Part shown: positions 20,059-30,081 of the stretch, one piece after another
How the letters are laid out: each line of letters begins with the position of its first letter
Numbering within the stretch: the stretch's first letter is position 1
DNA from: Thermoproteota archaeon
GTDB taxonomy: Archaea > Korarchaeota > Korarchaeia > Korarchaeales > Korarchaeaceae
Assembly: GCA_027492205.1 (NCBI GenBank)
Contig: JAOZFN010000011.1
Location: 129,123 to 193,122 of the forward strand
Length of the DNA stretch: 64,000 nucleotides
Direction of reading: 5' to 3'
Translations under genes and position numbers: made by a program
The notes under the pieces: generated by a model
Told to the model about the DNA's origin: nothing
Seen by the model: the letters and a program-made list of their open reading frames with translations, nothing else
The model's database searches: none

Positions 20059-20949
20059 CTAGTGGCTGAGCTTCCACCTGACTCCCCTCTCGTCGGATAC
20101 GGGGGTGGCGAGCCCCCGCTCCATCAGATGCGCCACCATGGACCTCAGGGTCACGCACGCCAGTACGACGGAGGAGGGCGTGATGGGCGCCCCGCCCAGC
20201 CTGAGCAGCCTCGCGGCCATCTCCTCTATGCCCATCGGCCTGCCTGAGGTCACCCTGACGGCCAGCCTCGGGAGCTCCTCCAGGGCGCGGACGTTGGCCT
20301 GGATGAGCTGGACGGCCCGCCTCCCGGACACCACCGGTCCATGCGAGGGAACGAGCTTCCTGAAGGAGTCCGCCTGCTCCTCAAGCGACCTGAGCGTCTC
20401 GAGCGCCCGGGCGTAGTCCTGGTGGTAGGGCACCACCACCGACCTCAGCAGCCTCTCTCCGAACACGCAGTCCCCGGCGTAAAGCAGGTCCGAGGGGGCG
20501 AGGAGGCTCACGTGGCCGAAGGAGTGTCCCGGCGTCGGGATGGCCTGGAGCCCGGCCACCTCCGCCGGGGCCTCGAAGGACCCGTGGACCCTTACCGGGA
20601 GGGCCTGGAGGGAGTGGATGAAGTTCTCTGGAGGCCTCCCGCCGAACGTCATAGCTCCCCTGAGTTCTGGGCTCTCGGCCGCGCAGACCTCAAGCCTGGG
20701 AGCCAAAACCTTCGCCCCCACCGCTTCAACGAGACCCGGGGCCGCCGCGACGTGGTCGGAGTGGGAGTGAGTCAGGACCACGGTCACGTCCCCTCCGCCC
20801 AGGGCCGAGATGGCTGAGACGAGGTCTCTAGCCCTCTCGGCCGGGTAGCCCGGGTCAACTAGGGTCAGCCCCGAGTCGGTCGGGACAATGAGTGTGGCGG
20901 GCGATCCCGGCATCAGGAGCAAGCCGTCTCCCAGCTTTCTAAGCTCCAT
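20059..20949 (-). CDS. Metallo-beta-lactamase fold hydrolase
   Basis: THSHSDH, TPGHSFGH, AGDC, PSHG. Confidence 0.92.
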   Translation of the reverse strand: MELRKLGDGLLLMPGSPATLIVPTDSGLTLVDPGYPAERARDLVSAISALGGGDVTVVLTHSHSDHVAAAPGLVEAVGAKVLAPRLEVCAAESPELRGAMTFGGRPPENFIHSLQALPVRVHGSFEAPAEVAGLQAIPTPGHSFGHVSLLAPSDLLYAGDCVFGERLLRSVVVPYHQDYARALETLRSLEEQADSFRKLVPSHGPVVSGRRAVQLIQANVRALEELPRLAVRVTSGRPMGIEEMAARLLRLGGAPITPSSVVLACVTLRSMVAHLMERGLATPVSDERGVRWKLSH

Positions 20950-21553
20950 CCCGGGGCCTATCCTGGCTAGCCTTTACCCTTATCCCCTCTTCAGCACGCC
21001 TCGGGAGTGCTATCCCCCCCGGCCCGCCGACGACCTCCGCCCTGCCCATGAGTAGGAGGGCTCCGGTGAGGGCTGCCAGAGCCGCGTCAACCTCATGTAT
21101 CGAGCTCACTCGGCCCAACGAATGCCTGGCTGAGATTCCAACCTTCTTCAGCGCTTCTAAGACCCCGGCCGCGGTCCTGGGTACCCCGAGCACCTTGGCC
21201 GTCGATCCGGGGTGGACCTCCACGACCCTCACGCCGAGCGCTCTCAGGCCCGAGGCGAGTCTTATCCCCCTCTCCGTCAGCGACCTCATGGGGCCGAGCA
21301 TGGGCGGCAGGACCCTCAGTCCCCTCCTGATGAGCTCTCTGTCTGACTCTCTGAGCCACCCCGAGCTCGGCTTGCTGAGAGGCGCGTCTATCGCCACGAG
21401 GTCCGGGTCGCTCGAGGCGACGAAACCGAAGACCTCCTCGTCGGTGAGGAGGGTGAGGCAGGCGAGGGAGTTCAGTGTGAGAACGGCCACGCCCGTCGGC
21501 CTCGTCTCCTTTCCGGCCAAGTCGAGGCCCACGACCTTCCAGGACTCGGCCAC
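20939..21553 (-). CDS. DUF429 family predicted nuclease (RNase H-like)
   Basis: VVGLDLAG..RPTG, VAIDAPLS, RESDR, VEVHP, HEVDA. GTG start at 21553. Confidence 0.85.
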   Translation of the reverse strand: MAESWKVVGLDLAGKETRPTGVAVLTLNSLACLTLLTDEEVFGFVASSDPDLVAIDAPLSKPSSGWLRESDRELIRRGLRVLPPMLGPMRSLTERGIRLASGLRALGVRVVEVHPGSTAKVLGVPRTAAGVLEALKKVGISARHSLGRVSSIHEVDAALAALTGALLLMGRAEVVGGPGGIALPRRAEEGIRVKASQDRPRDGA

Positions 21554-21605
21554 CGAACCCCCGCGGAGGTCTAAGCTAAATACTCGCGGCCGCCCCGACT
21601 GGGCG

Positions 21606-22721
21606 ATGGGACTCGATATCGAGGAGCCCCTCCCGTCTACCCGGGCGATAGTGGCACTGAGAGACGCCCTGCTCGGGTACCTGGAATCCCTGGCGGACAG
21701 CATAGACCGGAGGGTCGACTCGGTGGAGACCTCCGAGGCGCGCGCCCTTCTGGGTGATCCGGTCGCTTCCAGGGTGCCAGGGGACCTGTCTGTGCCGGCC
21801 GCGGCCGCGGACGGAGGGAGCGCAGTCTACAGCCTCAGCTCCGCCAGCCTCGGCGTGTGCGTCGCCCTGTCAGTCCAGCTGAGGGTGGGGGATCGCGTCA
21901 GGCGAGGCCGCGCCCTCACTGCCGTCGTCCCTCGGGACCCGGCCCTAGCCGTGGGGATGAATCCCCAGGAGGTGGAGGCAGTCCTCTCCCCGCTGAGGGA
22001 GGCCCTAGTGGCCAAGGCGGCCGAGGCAGCCGTCAGGGGCGAACTCGGTGAGAGGCCAGATATCGTGATCCTGGACGGCCCGCTCATCCCGCCGGAGTCC
22101 GTGGGACTGGCTGTAAGGGTCGGTGGAGATCTGAAGCTGGCAAGAGAGGCGGTGGAGGCGTACCTCGACGCCCACTCGTCCCTCCTCAGGGCGGCGATGC
22201 AGGAGGGGGTCACCCTCATCGGATTCGTGAAGAGGCCCCGCTCCCACTACCTCAGCCTGATATCGGGGGGCAGAGGCGCGACGCTGAGCGACAGCGCCAT
22301 AGCCTCCGGCGTGCTGACCGAAGTTGGCCAGCTGGCCCCTTACAAGCCGATAGAGCTCTGGGAAGCCGAGTTGGATTCGATCATAGGGTACCCTGAGATC
22401 CGGGCGGCCCTGGAACCGGGCTCCATATCCTTCGCATTCGTCAGGACCTCGAAGAGGAGGCCGCCCTTCAGGGTGGACTTCGGGAGCCTGGCCGAGCCGC
22501 TGTCGGATCCCAGGGTGGTGGCGGGCTACCTCGTTGCCACCGCGGACTCGGAGGGCATACCCCTGCCGGTAGTGAAGGCCGACGAGTCGGTGAAGGTCAG
22601 CAGGCGGGTCGCCAGGGACGTGTACCTCGAGTCGCTGAGGAGGCTGATAGCCAGGGCCGCGAGGTCTGGAGCCTCGACTCGGAGGGTTATTCAGCTCCTC
22701 ACGCCCATGTACGGTGAGTGA
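21606..22721 (+). CDS. nurA: NurA-family nuclease
   Basis: AAADGGS, VILDGPL, GFVKRPRS and GIPLPVVKAD. Confidence 0.8.
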   Translation: MGLDIEEPLPSTRAIVALRDALLGYLESLADSIDRRVDSVETSEARALLGDPVASRVPGDLSVPAAAADGGSAVYSLSSASLGVCVALSVQLRVGDRVRRGRALTAVVPRDPALAVGMNPQEVEAVLSPLREALVAKAAEAAVRGELGERPDIVILDGPLIPPESVGLAVRVGGDLKLAREAVEAYLDAHSSLLRAAMQEGVTLIGFVKRPRSHYLSLISGGRGATLSDSAIASGVLTEVGQLAPYKPIELWEAELDSIIGYPEIRAALEPGSISFAFVRTSKRRPPFRVDFGSLAEPLSDPRVVAGYLVATADSEGIPLPVVKADESVKVSRRVARDVYLESLRRLIARAARSGASTRRVIQLLTPMYGE

Positions 22722-24198
22722 GATGGAGGTAGTGGGTCACGTCTACGAGGAGTCCGGGTACTACAGGCCAGACTCCTTCGACGTCGTACTCAGGGAGGGC
22801 GAATCCGTCGAGCCCGGGGAGTTCCTCTGGGTCGCGGCAGGGGGCAGGAAGGTCTACTACCAGGTGGTGGAGGTCGTCGTTCGAAGGCGGCCGGCCGCCT
22901 ACGACGAGATCATGCTGAAGACCGGGAGGGCGGTGAGGGACGAGGAGTCCGACTTCCCCAGGGCCAGGGTGGAGCAGGTGGGGTACGTGTCGGGCAGAAG
23001 GCTCGACAGCTACACCGGCCTGATCAGACCTCACCAAGAGGTCTACCGGGCCGAGGAGGAGGACCTCAACGTCCTGCTGTCCTGGAGGCGCGGCGAGGCG
23101 TCCGGGCCCACGGTGCTCCTGGGAGAGGTGAGGCCCGGCGGCCTGGAGCTGAGGCTCAGGGCGTGGGACCTCATGAGGAGGGGGCTCGTGGTCTTCGGAG
23201 GGGTCGGCTCTGGTAAGACGACGACCATGCTCAACCTGGTAGTCAGGCTGCTCGACGAGGTGAGGGCGGCCGGGGGGACTCCGAGCGCGCTCGTGATCGA
23301 CAAGGACGGGGAGTACGGCCCGGTCCTGTCGGAGAGGTTCTCCGCCGAGGTCCTAGACGCCAGCTCCCTGATCTCCTCCGGAGAGGGTGAGGACGTCTAC
23401 TCCAGGCTCAGGGATCTGCTCGGCCTCTCCGGCTCCTCGAGGGAGGCCAAGGCCCTCAAGAGCGCTGTCATGTCCACCCTCGGAGGCCTCAAGGGCTCTT
23501 TCGACAGGGCGACAGTCTCAGCGATCCTGGAGAAGCTCAAGAGTTCCGGGTCGAACGAGGCAGCCTCCCTGGCGGCCCTGATCCGCGGCGCCATCGACTC
23601 GATCCCCGAGCCCAGAGAGGGGGTTCCCGCGAACTCCCTGGACGGGGTGGTGAGCGGCCGGACGGTGGTGATCGACCTGACAAGGGTCGACGACTGGGAT
23701 GCCGCATACCTGGCCATGTCGGAGGCGCTGCAGGCCTGCTACAGGAGGGCACTCTCCGACAGGAGCTTCGGCCTTTTGGTGGCGATGGACGAGGCCCACC
23801 TGTTCGCCCCGGAGAGGGGCGGAGTCTCGTTGGCCGAGGATCAGGCCACCAAGATACTCAGATCGACGCTCAAGATAGTCGCCACGACCGGGCCGAGGAA
23901 CGGGATGACCCCGTTCATCGCGACCCAGAGGCCGGCGCTCATCGACAAGACGGTGACCACGCAGCTGGGTCAGAACGTCGTGAGCCACAGGGTCGAGGAC
24001 GTGGATCTAGAGAGGGTGGGGGAGATTATAGGAAAGATGGCGGAAGCCGTTCGGCTGTTTCCCGAGGGCAGGGCCGTGGTGAAGAGCACGGCGGCCCCTC
24101 TCCCGAGGCCCGTCGTGGTCGACGTGTCCGCCGAGGTGTTCCCGGCCTCGACCGGGTGGACGGCGCTGGACAGGTGGCTCGGGGGTTCGGGGGGCTAA
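22714..24198 (+). CDS. herA: HerA/FtsK-family ATPase (HAS barrel plus P-loop)
   Basis: GGVGSGKTT, IDKDGEY, DEAHLFAP, ATQRP. Overlaps the nurA stop. Confidence 0.85.
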   Translation: MSEMEVVGHVYEESGYYRPDSFDVVLREGESVEPGEFLWVAAGGRKVYYQVVEVVVRRRPAAYDEIMLKTGRAVRDEESDFPRARVEQVGYVSGRRLDSYTGLIRPHQEVYRAEEEDLNVLLSWRRGEASGPTVLLGEVRPGGLELRLRAWDLMRRGLVVFGGVGSGKTTTMLNLVVRLLDEVRAAGGTPSALVIDKDGEYGPVLSERFSAEVLDASSLISSGEGEDVYSRLRDLLGLSGSSREAKALKSAVMSTLGGLKGSFDRATVSAILEKLKSSGSNEAASLAALIRGAIDSIPEPREGVPANSLDGVVSGRTVVIDLTRVDDWDAAYLAMSEALQACYRRALSDRSFGLLVAMDEAHLFAPERGGVSLAEDQATKILRSTLKIVATTGPRNGMTPFIATQRPALIDKTVTTQLGQNVVSHRVEDVDLERVGEIIGKMAEAVRLFPEGRAVVKSTAAPLPRPVVVDVSAEVFPASTGWTALDRWLGGSGG

Positions 24199-24244
24199 GT
24201 GAACTCCGGATCGAAGCTGACCCCCGGCCAGCCTGCTCGCCCTC

Positions 24245-25045
24245 TCACCCGCGGGAGAAGGTGAACGGCTTCTTTGTTATTATGAACTCGCAGTACTCGT
24301 CTCCCTTGGCCCTGCAGGCCACCTCTTGGCCGAAGCAAGGGGCGCCAAACATCTCGGAGAAGAAGCCCGTCAGGACGCCCTTCAGGAAGTGGCACACCGG
24401 CTCGGGGGCTGGCTCTCCAGATTCGAATGTGTTCCACAGGCGAACCCTGGCGACGCTTTTCTTCACGTCGAGTTCCAACACCTCCCCCCTCTCAATCCAC
24501 CCCAGGACCACGATGACGTTCAACGCGGCCTCCGCCAGCGCCTTCCCCTCGAGGCCAAACCTCCTCCTCCACTCCGGATAGCTCTTTCGACCGCCGTAGA
24601 GCCCGAGGAACTCGACCATCCTCTTGCCGTCGTCGCCCCACCTCTTGTACGCCTCCCTGAACACGTTGCGGAGCCAGCCCGCCCGCATCTCCACGACCGC
24701 GTCGGGCCCGAGGAGCTGGATTCCGTGGTGCACGTCGACGACCATGTCGCCCAGGTTGGCCTCGGAGACGTGGACCTCCCTTACCCCCCTCACGCCCGAG
24801 ATCAGCTCCCTGAGCTCGCCCATGTCGACCCCCTCGCCGTCTATGAAGAAGCACCACCAAGCCACGTCTGGCCTGTCCGAGGCGTGGTGAACTCCCCAGA
24901 GGATGTTCACACCCTTATCGGCGAGGGCGCTCGAAACCTCCGCGATCCTGCCTGGAATGTTCTCCGCCAGGATGGATATCTCAAGAATCCTTTTTCCCCC
25001 TGACTCGAAGAGCCTCGGGAAGAATAGATTATGCCTGTGTTCCAT
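24245..25045 (-). CDS. ACT plus V4R domain protein
   Basis: ENIPGRIAEVSSALADKGVNI (ACT), and CHFLKGVLTG..EVACRAKGDEYCEF (V4R). Confidence 0.88.
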   Translation of the reverse strand: MEHRHNLFFPRLFESGGKRILEISILAENIPGRIAEVSSALADKGVNILWGVHHASDRPDVAWWCFFIDGEGVDMGELRELISGVRGVREVHVSEANLGDMVVDVHHGIQLLGPDAVVEMRAGWLRNVFREAYKRWGDDGKRMVEFLGLYGGRKSYPEWRRRFGLEGKALAEAALNVIVVLGWIERGEVLELDVKKSVARVRLWNTFESGEPAPEPVCHFLKGVLTGFFSEMFGAPCFGQEVACRAKGDEYCEFIITKKPFTFSRG

Positions 25046-25126
25046 CCCCTAAACCGATCGTTTTAGCCCCCCACTCGTTATTAAAGATAAAGGCGATCCT
25101 TCGCGCGCGGAGCGCCCGTTGAGGGT

Positions 25127-25888
25127 CTACCCGACCCTTCTCCCCACCAGTATCATCCTGGGGCTCGTAACTGAGTACGGCGAAGCGTTGTAGTCACCGT
25201 ACGCGGCCTGAACCTCCAGCCCAGCCTCCTTCATTAGCGCAGTGAGTTCTCTGAGCGAGTAAAGCCTGAGGCTAATGCTCCTCTCCCCCTTGAACTCCCT
25301 GGATTTGAAGAAGATCCTCCTGTCGGTGATCCGGCCGGCCTCCAGGTCTAGGATCTCCTCCCCCAGGACCAGGAGGTCTCCCCAGCCCTCCCACCACCTC
25401 CACCTCTCGGATCCGTGGGCCGCGGCCAGGGCGACGAGCCTCTCCCTGTTCCTAACGTCGATCAGGAGCCTCCCGCCAACCTTGAGGGACGAGGCCGCCT
25501 CGCTGAGCACCCTCACGTTGTCCTCATCGTCATAGAACCCGAAGCTCGTGTAGAACATGTAAGCGCCGTCGAACTCGGACCTCCACGGCATGTGCCTCAT
25601 GTCCCCGGGTACGAAGTCAACCGAAACCCCGAGTTCTTCCGCCTTTGCCCTCCCTATCTCTAGGTACGCTGGATTTATGTCCAGCCCTACTACCTGGAGC
25701 CCCATCTCGGCCAGCACTACCGCGTGCCTGCCGTAGCCGCAGCCTATGTCCAGCACCCTGTCTCCGGGCTTGAGGTCAAGGGCCTTTACGATGAACTCGG
25801 CCTCTCTCCGGGTCTCGTCCTCCGGGTGCTTCCTCTGCTGGTACTCCATGTACAGCTCGTCGAAGTATGACAGGATGCCCTCGGCCAT
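25127..25888 (-). CDS. Class I SAM-dependent methyltransferase
   Basis: VLDIGCGYGRH, GDMRH, YTSFGFY. Confidence 0.9.
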   Translation of the reverse strand: MAEGILSYFDELYMEYQQRKHPEDETRREAEFIVKALDLKPGDRVLDIGCGYGRHAVVLAEMGLQVVGLDINPAYLEIGRAKAEELGVSVDFVPGDMRHMPWRSEFDGAYMFYTSFGFYDDEDNVRVLSEAASSLKVGGRLLIDVRNRERLVALAAAHGSERWRWWEGWGDLLVLGEEILDLEAGRITDRRIFFKSREFKGERSISLRLYSLRELTALMKEAGLEVQAAYGDYNASPYSVTSPRMILVGRRVG

Positions 25889-25952
25889 CGCGGCCCCTCC
25901 GGTGTGGGACCATATAAGGAGGGGCGCCGGGGCTGGGGGCCGGGAGTCAAAG

Positions 25953-26804
25953 ATGTTGACCATTCCCCCCGAGGTCATGGCCCTGGCCAACGCGGCCCTG
26001 ACCGGCTTGACCCCCGTCATACTGAAGGGGCCCACGTCGAGGCGCGATCCCGCCGCGCTCAACCTTGTGAGGTTCGCGACGGCCACCCTAGTGCTCGTCC
26101 CACTGGCTTGGAGCGACCTTCGTAAGGCTGACACAAGGCTCTTCGTGCTGGGAACCGTGGCGGCGATCCTCGGGCCCGGCCTGGCGTGGTACATCTACCT
26201 GAAGGCGCTGAGCCTCACCGACGTGACGGTGGTGTCGCCGCTCACCAACGCCTACCCCCTCTTCTCGGCCCCCATATACCTGCTGGTCTCGGGCGTGTCG
26301 CCGTCCCCTCAGATCGTCGCCGGGACGATCGCTGTGGTGCTCGGCGTGGGCCTCGTCGCTGGATCGGACAGGCCTCGGGGCGGCGGAAGGATCTCTCTCG
26401 GGGCGGTTCTCTCAATCGCTGTGGCGGCCATCTGGGGGCTCAACACGGTCCTGTTCAAGCTCGCCCTCTCCGGGGGAGGCGCCCTCGCCCTCGCCGCGCT
26501 GAGGGCGTCGGTTGCGACGGCGCTGCTGGCGGCGATCGTACTCCTCAGGGGGAGTCTGGGGCTCTCCCCAGCCGACGCAGCCGCGGCCTCCGGCGTCGGC
26601 CTGCTGGGGGACTCTCTTGCCATGGGCCTGATGTTCTTGGCCCTTGACCTCGGAGATCCCTACATAATAGTACCCCTCACGGCTACCACTCCGATCTTCG
26701 CATCCGTATTCGCAGGCGGCCTTCTTAGAGAGAAGTTCGGGGCGCGGAGAGTTGCTGGGATACTCCTCACCACACTCGGGGGCGCGACGCTCGGTTCAGC
26801 CTAA
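25953..26804 (+). CDS. DMT/EamA family transporter
   Basis: About ten TM helices in two repeats, with VSPLTNAYPLF and LLREKF. Confidence 0.88.
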   Translation: MLTIPPEVMALANAALTGLTPVILKGPTSRRDPAALNLVRFATATLVLVPLAWSDLRKADTRLFVLGTVAAILGPGLAWYIYLKALSLTDVTVVSPLTNAYPLFSAPIYLLVSGVSPSPQIVAGTIAVVLGVGLVAGSDRPRGGGRISLGAVLSIAVAAIWGLNTVLFKLALSGGGALALAALRASVATALLAAIVLLRGSLGLSPADAAAASGVGLLGDSLAMGLMFLALDLGDPYIIVPLTATTPIFASVFAGGLLREKFGARRVAGILLTTLGGATLGSA

Positions 26805-26853
26805 ACTCCGCCGACCGAAATACGGTTAATTTATCGACCCCATTGGCAGCGGC

Positions 26854-28158
26854 GTGCGAGACCCTGGCCGGATCGCGGCTGCGACATGCGTCGTCTGGCT
26901 CGCAGCCGTGGCCGGGATGTACGTCTACTACAGGTTCTGGGATTGGGCCCCTCTGAAGAGAGTCGACCCGATCGACGTGATGTTGGAGTCGGGGAGCATC
27001 GCGATACTCGCGATGGCCCACATCTCCTCAATCGTTCTCAAGAGACTCGGCGCCGGGGAGGTCTTCCCGGGGTGGGGGGCCCTCCACCTCATTTCAGGCG
27101 TCGTGCTCTCCGGACTCGTCAGCGACCTCCTGGACGAGTTCTACAGGCTCCCCAAAATGCTGATGGGGCCGGCCCAGATAATCCCCCCGATCTTAGGGAC
27201 GTTCCTAGTCGTTCACCTGATGAGGGGATGGTACGAGATGTATCCAGAGACCCGCCGGGTGAGGTGGGACATCAGGCTTCTCCTAACCTTCTTAACCCTC
27301 TACTGCTCATCTCTCGCCATCTCAGCCATCCTCGGTCGAATGGGGAGCACCCGACCGTGGACGTTGGAAGATGCGGGCGGCGATATACTCTACTTCGCGT
27401 TCGGTCTCGCGCTAGTCCTCGCCCTCTACCTGTACACTGGTGAGGCCATCCACTACGTGCCGATTCAGCTGATAGTTGGGGGATTCTCTCTCTTGGTCTT
27501 GGTCCCGCTTAATGAGCTGATGAGATCCGCCATGGGGGGAATTGATCCTCTAGTCGACACAATCGGCCGCGACTTGGCCCCAGCGGTGTTCTACGCCTCC
27601 TTCTACATGGCCTTCGTGGAGGCCTTCAGGCGGGCCGCCTGTCCGCAGGCCCTGAGGGTGCCAAAGGTCTACGAGGCGGTCAGCCTCATGAAGATCAGGC
27701 CGAACTCGGACTCCTGGCCTTCGGCGGTCAGCGCGATCAGAAAGCTCTCGGAGTCGAAGGGCATGCCTGTCGTGCTCCTCACGAGGCCGGGCTCGCCGCT
27801 ATTCACGATCGCCCACAAGGAGGACCTGCCGAAGGTTTACGTCCTGCTCAGGCCAGGCGCCTCCTTCAGGAAGATCGATGAGTCCACCTATGAGGTACCC
27901 CTGGAGCCGGCGTTCCTTGAGGGGGTGCTCAGGGACATTCTGAGGGGTCAGGAGAAGAGGGCTCTGGTGGTCTTCGACTCCATCACGGACGCCATCGCCC
28001 TGCTGGACAGGAAGCGCGCCTACGAGCTGATACGCCGACTGTCCGACCTGATAAAGGAGAAGGAGTCCTCCGGGGTCTTCATAGTTGTGCCGGAGGCGCA
28101 CGACGAGCAGACGCGGGCGCTGATAGAGAAGATGTTCGAGAGATCCTCCGAGGTGTAG
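26854..28158 (+). CDS. Multi-pass membrane sensor with C-terminal DUF835-like (inactive KaiC-type) domain
   Basis: About eight TM helices followed by VVLLTRP and LVVFDSITDAI..., with no Walker A. Confidence 0.65.
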   Translation: MRDPGRIAAATCVVWLAAVAGMYVYYRFWDWAPLKRVDPIDVMLESGSIAILAMAHISSIVLKRLGAGEVFPGWGALHLISGVVLSGLVSDLLDEFYRLPKMLMGPAQIIPPILGTFLVVHLMRGWYEMYPETRRVRWDIRLLLTFLTLYCSSLAISAILGRMGSTRPWTLEDAGGDILYFAFGLALVLALYLYTGEAIHYVPIQLIVGGFSLLVLVPLNELMRSAMGGIDPLVDTIGRDLAPAVFYASFYMAFVEAFRRAACPQALRVPKVYEAVSLMKIRPNSDSWPSAVSAIRKLSESKGMPVVLLTRPGSPLFTIAHKEDLPKVYVLLRPGASFRKIDESTYEVPLEPAFLEGVLRDILRGQEKRALVVFDSITDAIALLDRKRAYELIRRLSDLIKEKESSGVFIVVPEAHDEQTRALIEKMFERSSEV

Positions 28159-28261
28159 CCCTCAAGAGATTTTACGGTCGCCGGAGGGGTTTCGCCGAAG
28201 TTGGGCAACTACATCTCGCATCTGGATATATTCTGCCCCCGCGAGGGGACGCGGAGGGTGA

Positions 28262-29296
28262 ATGGACAGCCAGACTGAGCTCATACCCACAGAGGTGTCG
28301 CTTGAGATCGTGAGGTCCAGCAGACTCGAATCTCCGCTTGTGAGGGCTGACAGGCTCTCTAGAGTGATGGGGACCGAGGTGCACCTCAAGCTCGAGTCCA
28401 GGAACCCGAGCGGGTCTCAGAAGGACAGGGCGGCCCTGGCGAACGTCCTCTACGCGGAGAGGGAGGGCAAGCGGGTCGTGACCGCCGGGACGTGCGGGAA
28501 CTACGGCGCCGCCCTGGCCTACTACGCCTCCAAATACGGGCTCGAGGCTCACATATTCATTCCCGCCGGCTTCACGGGCAGGCGAGTGGCGTACATGGAG
28601 TCGTTGGGGGCCCGCGTGGTCAGGGTGGAGGGGCACTACGAGGACGCCGTGGAGGCGAGCTCCAGGGTGGCCAGGGAGCGGGGCTGGCACGACGCCAACC
28701 CCGGGGGTCTGGGAGGGAGGCTGGGCATTCTCGGATACATGTCCATCGCCCGCGAGCTAGTAGACCAGCTGGGCGGCGTCCCGGAGGAGGTCTACGTTCC
28801 CGTGGGGAACGGTACCACCCTTGCCGGAATATGGCGGGGGTTCCTGGAACTGAGGAGGGAGGGCGAGATATCGAGGCTCCCGAGGATGATCGGGGTCACG
28901 ACGAAAGCGGGGAACCCCGTGCTCACGTCATTTCAGAAGGGCCTCAGCAGGGCGGAGGAGCTCGATCCGTCGAGGATAGTCGAGACGGAGATAAACGAGC
29001 CGCTGATTAACTACAGGGCCTACGACGGGGACGAGGCTCTCCGGGCCATCTTGGATAGCGGGGGCGCCGCGTACGGCTACGCGGACAGGGAGCTCGCAGT
29101 GGCGGCGCGGCTCTTCGCCGAGTTGTCCGAGGTCAGGCCGATTCCCGCGTCTGCCTCGGTGCTCCTCCCCGGGATCTCGAGAGAGCCGCAGGGCGAGGGC
29201 CCGTGGGTGCTGGTGATCACTCAGGAGGAGGACGTCGCCGTCGGCCCCGGGGCCGGTGCCGACTTTAAGGGCACGACCCGCCCGTCGCCTCGGTAG
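28262..29296 (+). CDS. PLP-dependent threonine synthase-like enzyme
   Basis: LKLESRNPSGSQKDR, GTCGNYG, VPVGNGT. Confidence 0.9.
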   Translation: MDSQTELIPTEVSLEIVRSSRLESPLVRADRLSRVMGTEVHLKLESRNPSGSQKDRAALANVLYAEREGKRVVTAGTCGNYGAALAYYASKYGLEAHIFIPAGFTGRRVAYMESLGARVVRVEGHYEDAVEASSRVARERGWHDANPGGLGGRLGILGYMSIARELVDQLGGVPEEVYVPVGNGTTLAGIWRGFLELRREGEISRLPRMIGVTTKAGNPVLTSFQKGLSRAEELDPSRIVETEINEPLINYRAYDGDEALRAILDSGGAAYGYADRELAVAARLFAELSEVRPIPASASVLLPGISREPQGEGPWVLVITQEEDVAVGPGAGADFKGTTRPSPR

Positions 29297-29298
29297 AG

Positions 29299-30066
29299 TT
29301 GGGCAGGATCAGGTTCATCTTGGCAACCAGGGGAGAGTTCTTCGGGCTGGACGACCTACTGGACGACTCAGACGTGCAGGAGAGCCTGATCGCTCTCAGG
29401 CGAAAGATTATCGGCCTGGATAGCCTCCCCGAGAAGGGAAGGAGGCTCTTGGAGCTGGGTCTGATCACCGACGAGGGACTTGCGTTCCCGATGGTGCTGG
29501 ATGAGGACTACCGGACACTGAGGAGAGACGTCGAGGCGCTCGGTGAGGATATCTCAGGCGAGGTCGAGGACTCCCTTGCGGACTCGGTTGACTCGAGGGA
29601 GGAGAGGTGCGCTGCGGTGCTGGGCGAGCTGGACGCGGCCCTCGACGCAGCGCTCGTTGAGGGGCAGGGGCTCAGGCCGCTCAGGCTCGCGCGGGGGGAG
29701 GTGTTCATATGCGGATTCGAGGGGGCCCGGGGGCCCGCGTTGACGTCGGAGTGCCACGAGATCGAGGGCGGCCTGAGGTGCATGGTCGAGTACGGGGAGG
29801 GCGGGGAGGTCGTGAGGGCGACCCTCGGGAGAGGCTCCGCGGCCTCGGCCGAGTCCCCCCTGATGACGGAGCTGGCCGACAGGATCTCCCGCCTGTCCGT
29901 CGAGAGGGCCGGCCTCTGGGCCAGAGAGCTGGGGTTCACCGGCGCGAAGGGAAACCTCTTCGCCTACGGGTTCTCGAAGCTCGTCTACGAGTCGATCGTC
30001 TCGATCCTCTCGAGGAGGGGGCTCCTGCCGGGGGCGGTCAGGCTGGTGTATGAGGTCTACTGGTGA
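29299..30066 (+). CDS. Hypothetical protein
   Basis: 255-aa ORF starting 2 nt after the PLP enzyme, with typical codon usage. Confidence 0.6.
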   Translation: MGRIRFILATRGEFFGLDDLLDDSDVQESLIALRRKIIGLDSLPEKGRRLLELGLITDEGLAFPMVLDEDYRTLRRDVEALGEDISGEVEDSLADSVDSREERCAAVLGELDAALDAALVEGQGLRPLRLARGEVFICGFEGARGPALTSECHEIEGGLRCMVEYGEGGEVVRATLGRGSAASAESPLMTELADRISRLSVERAGLWARELGFTGAKGNLFAYGFSKLVYESIVSILSRRGLLPGAVRLVYEVYW

Positions 30067-30081
30067 GCGCCGCGCCGGGGT

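Noticed and set aside
21048-21605. N-terminal extensions of NurA and similar ORFs (3854, 25746, 26194, 39098, 49528, 59986, 63613)
   Set aside because: The extensions overlap genuine neighbouring genes or promoters, and downstream starts fit better.
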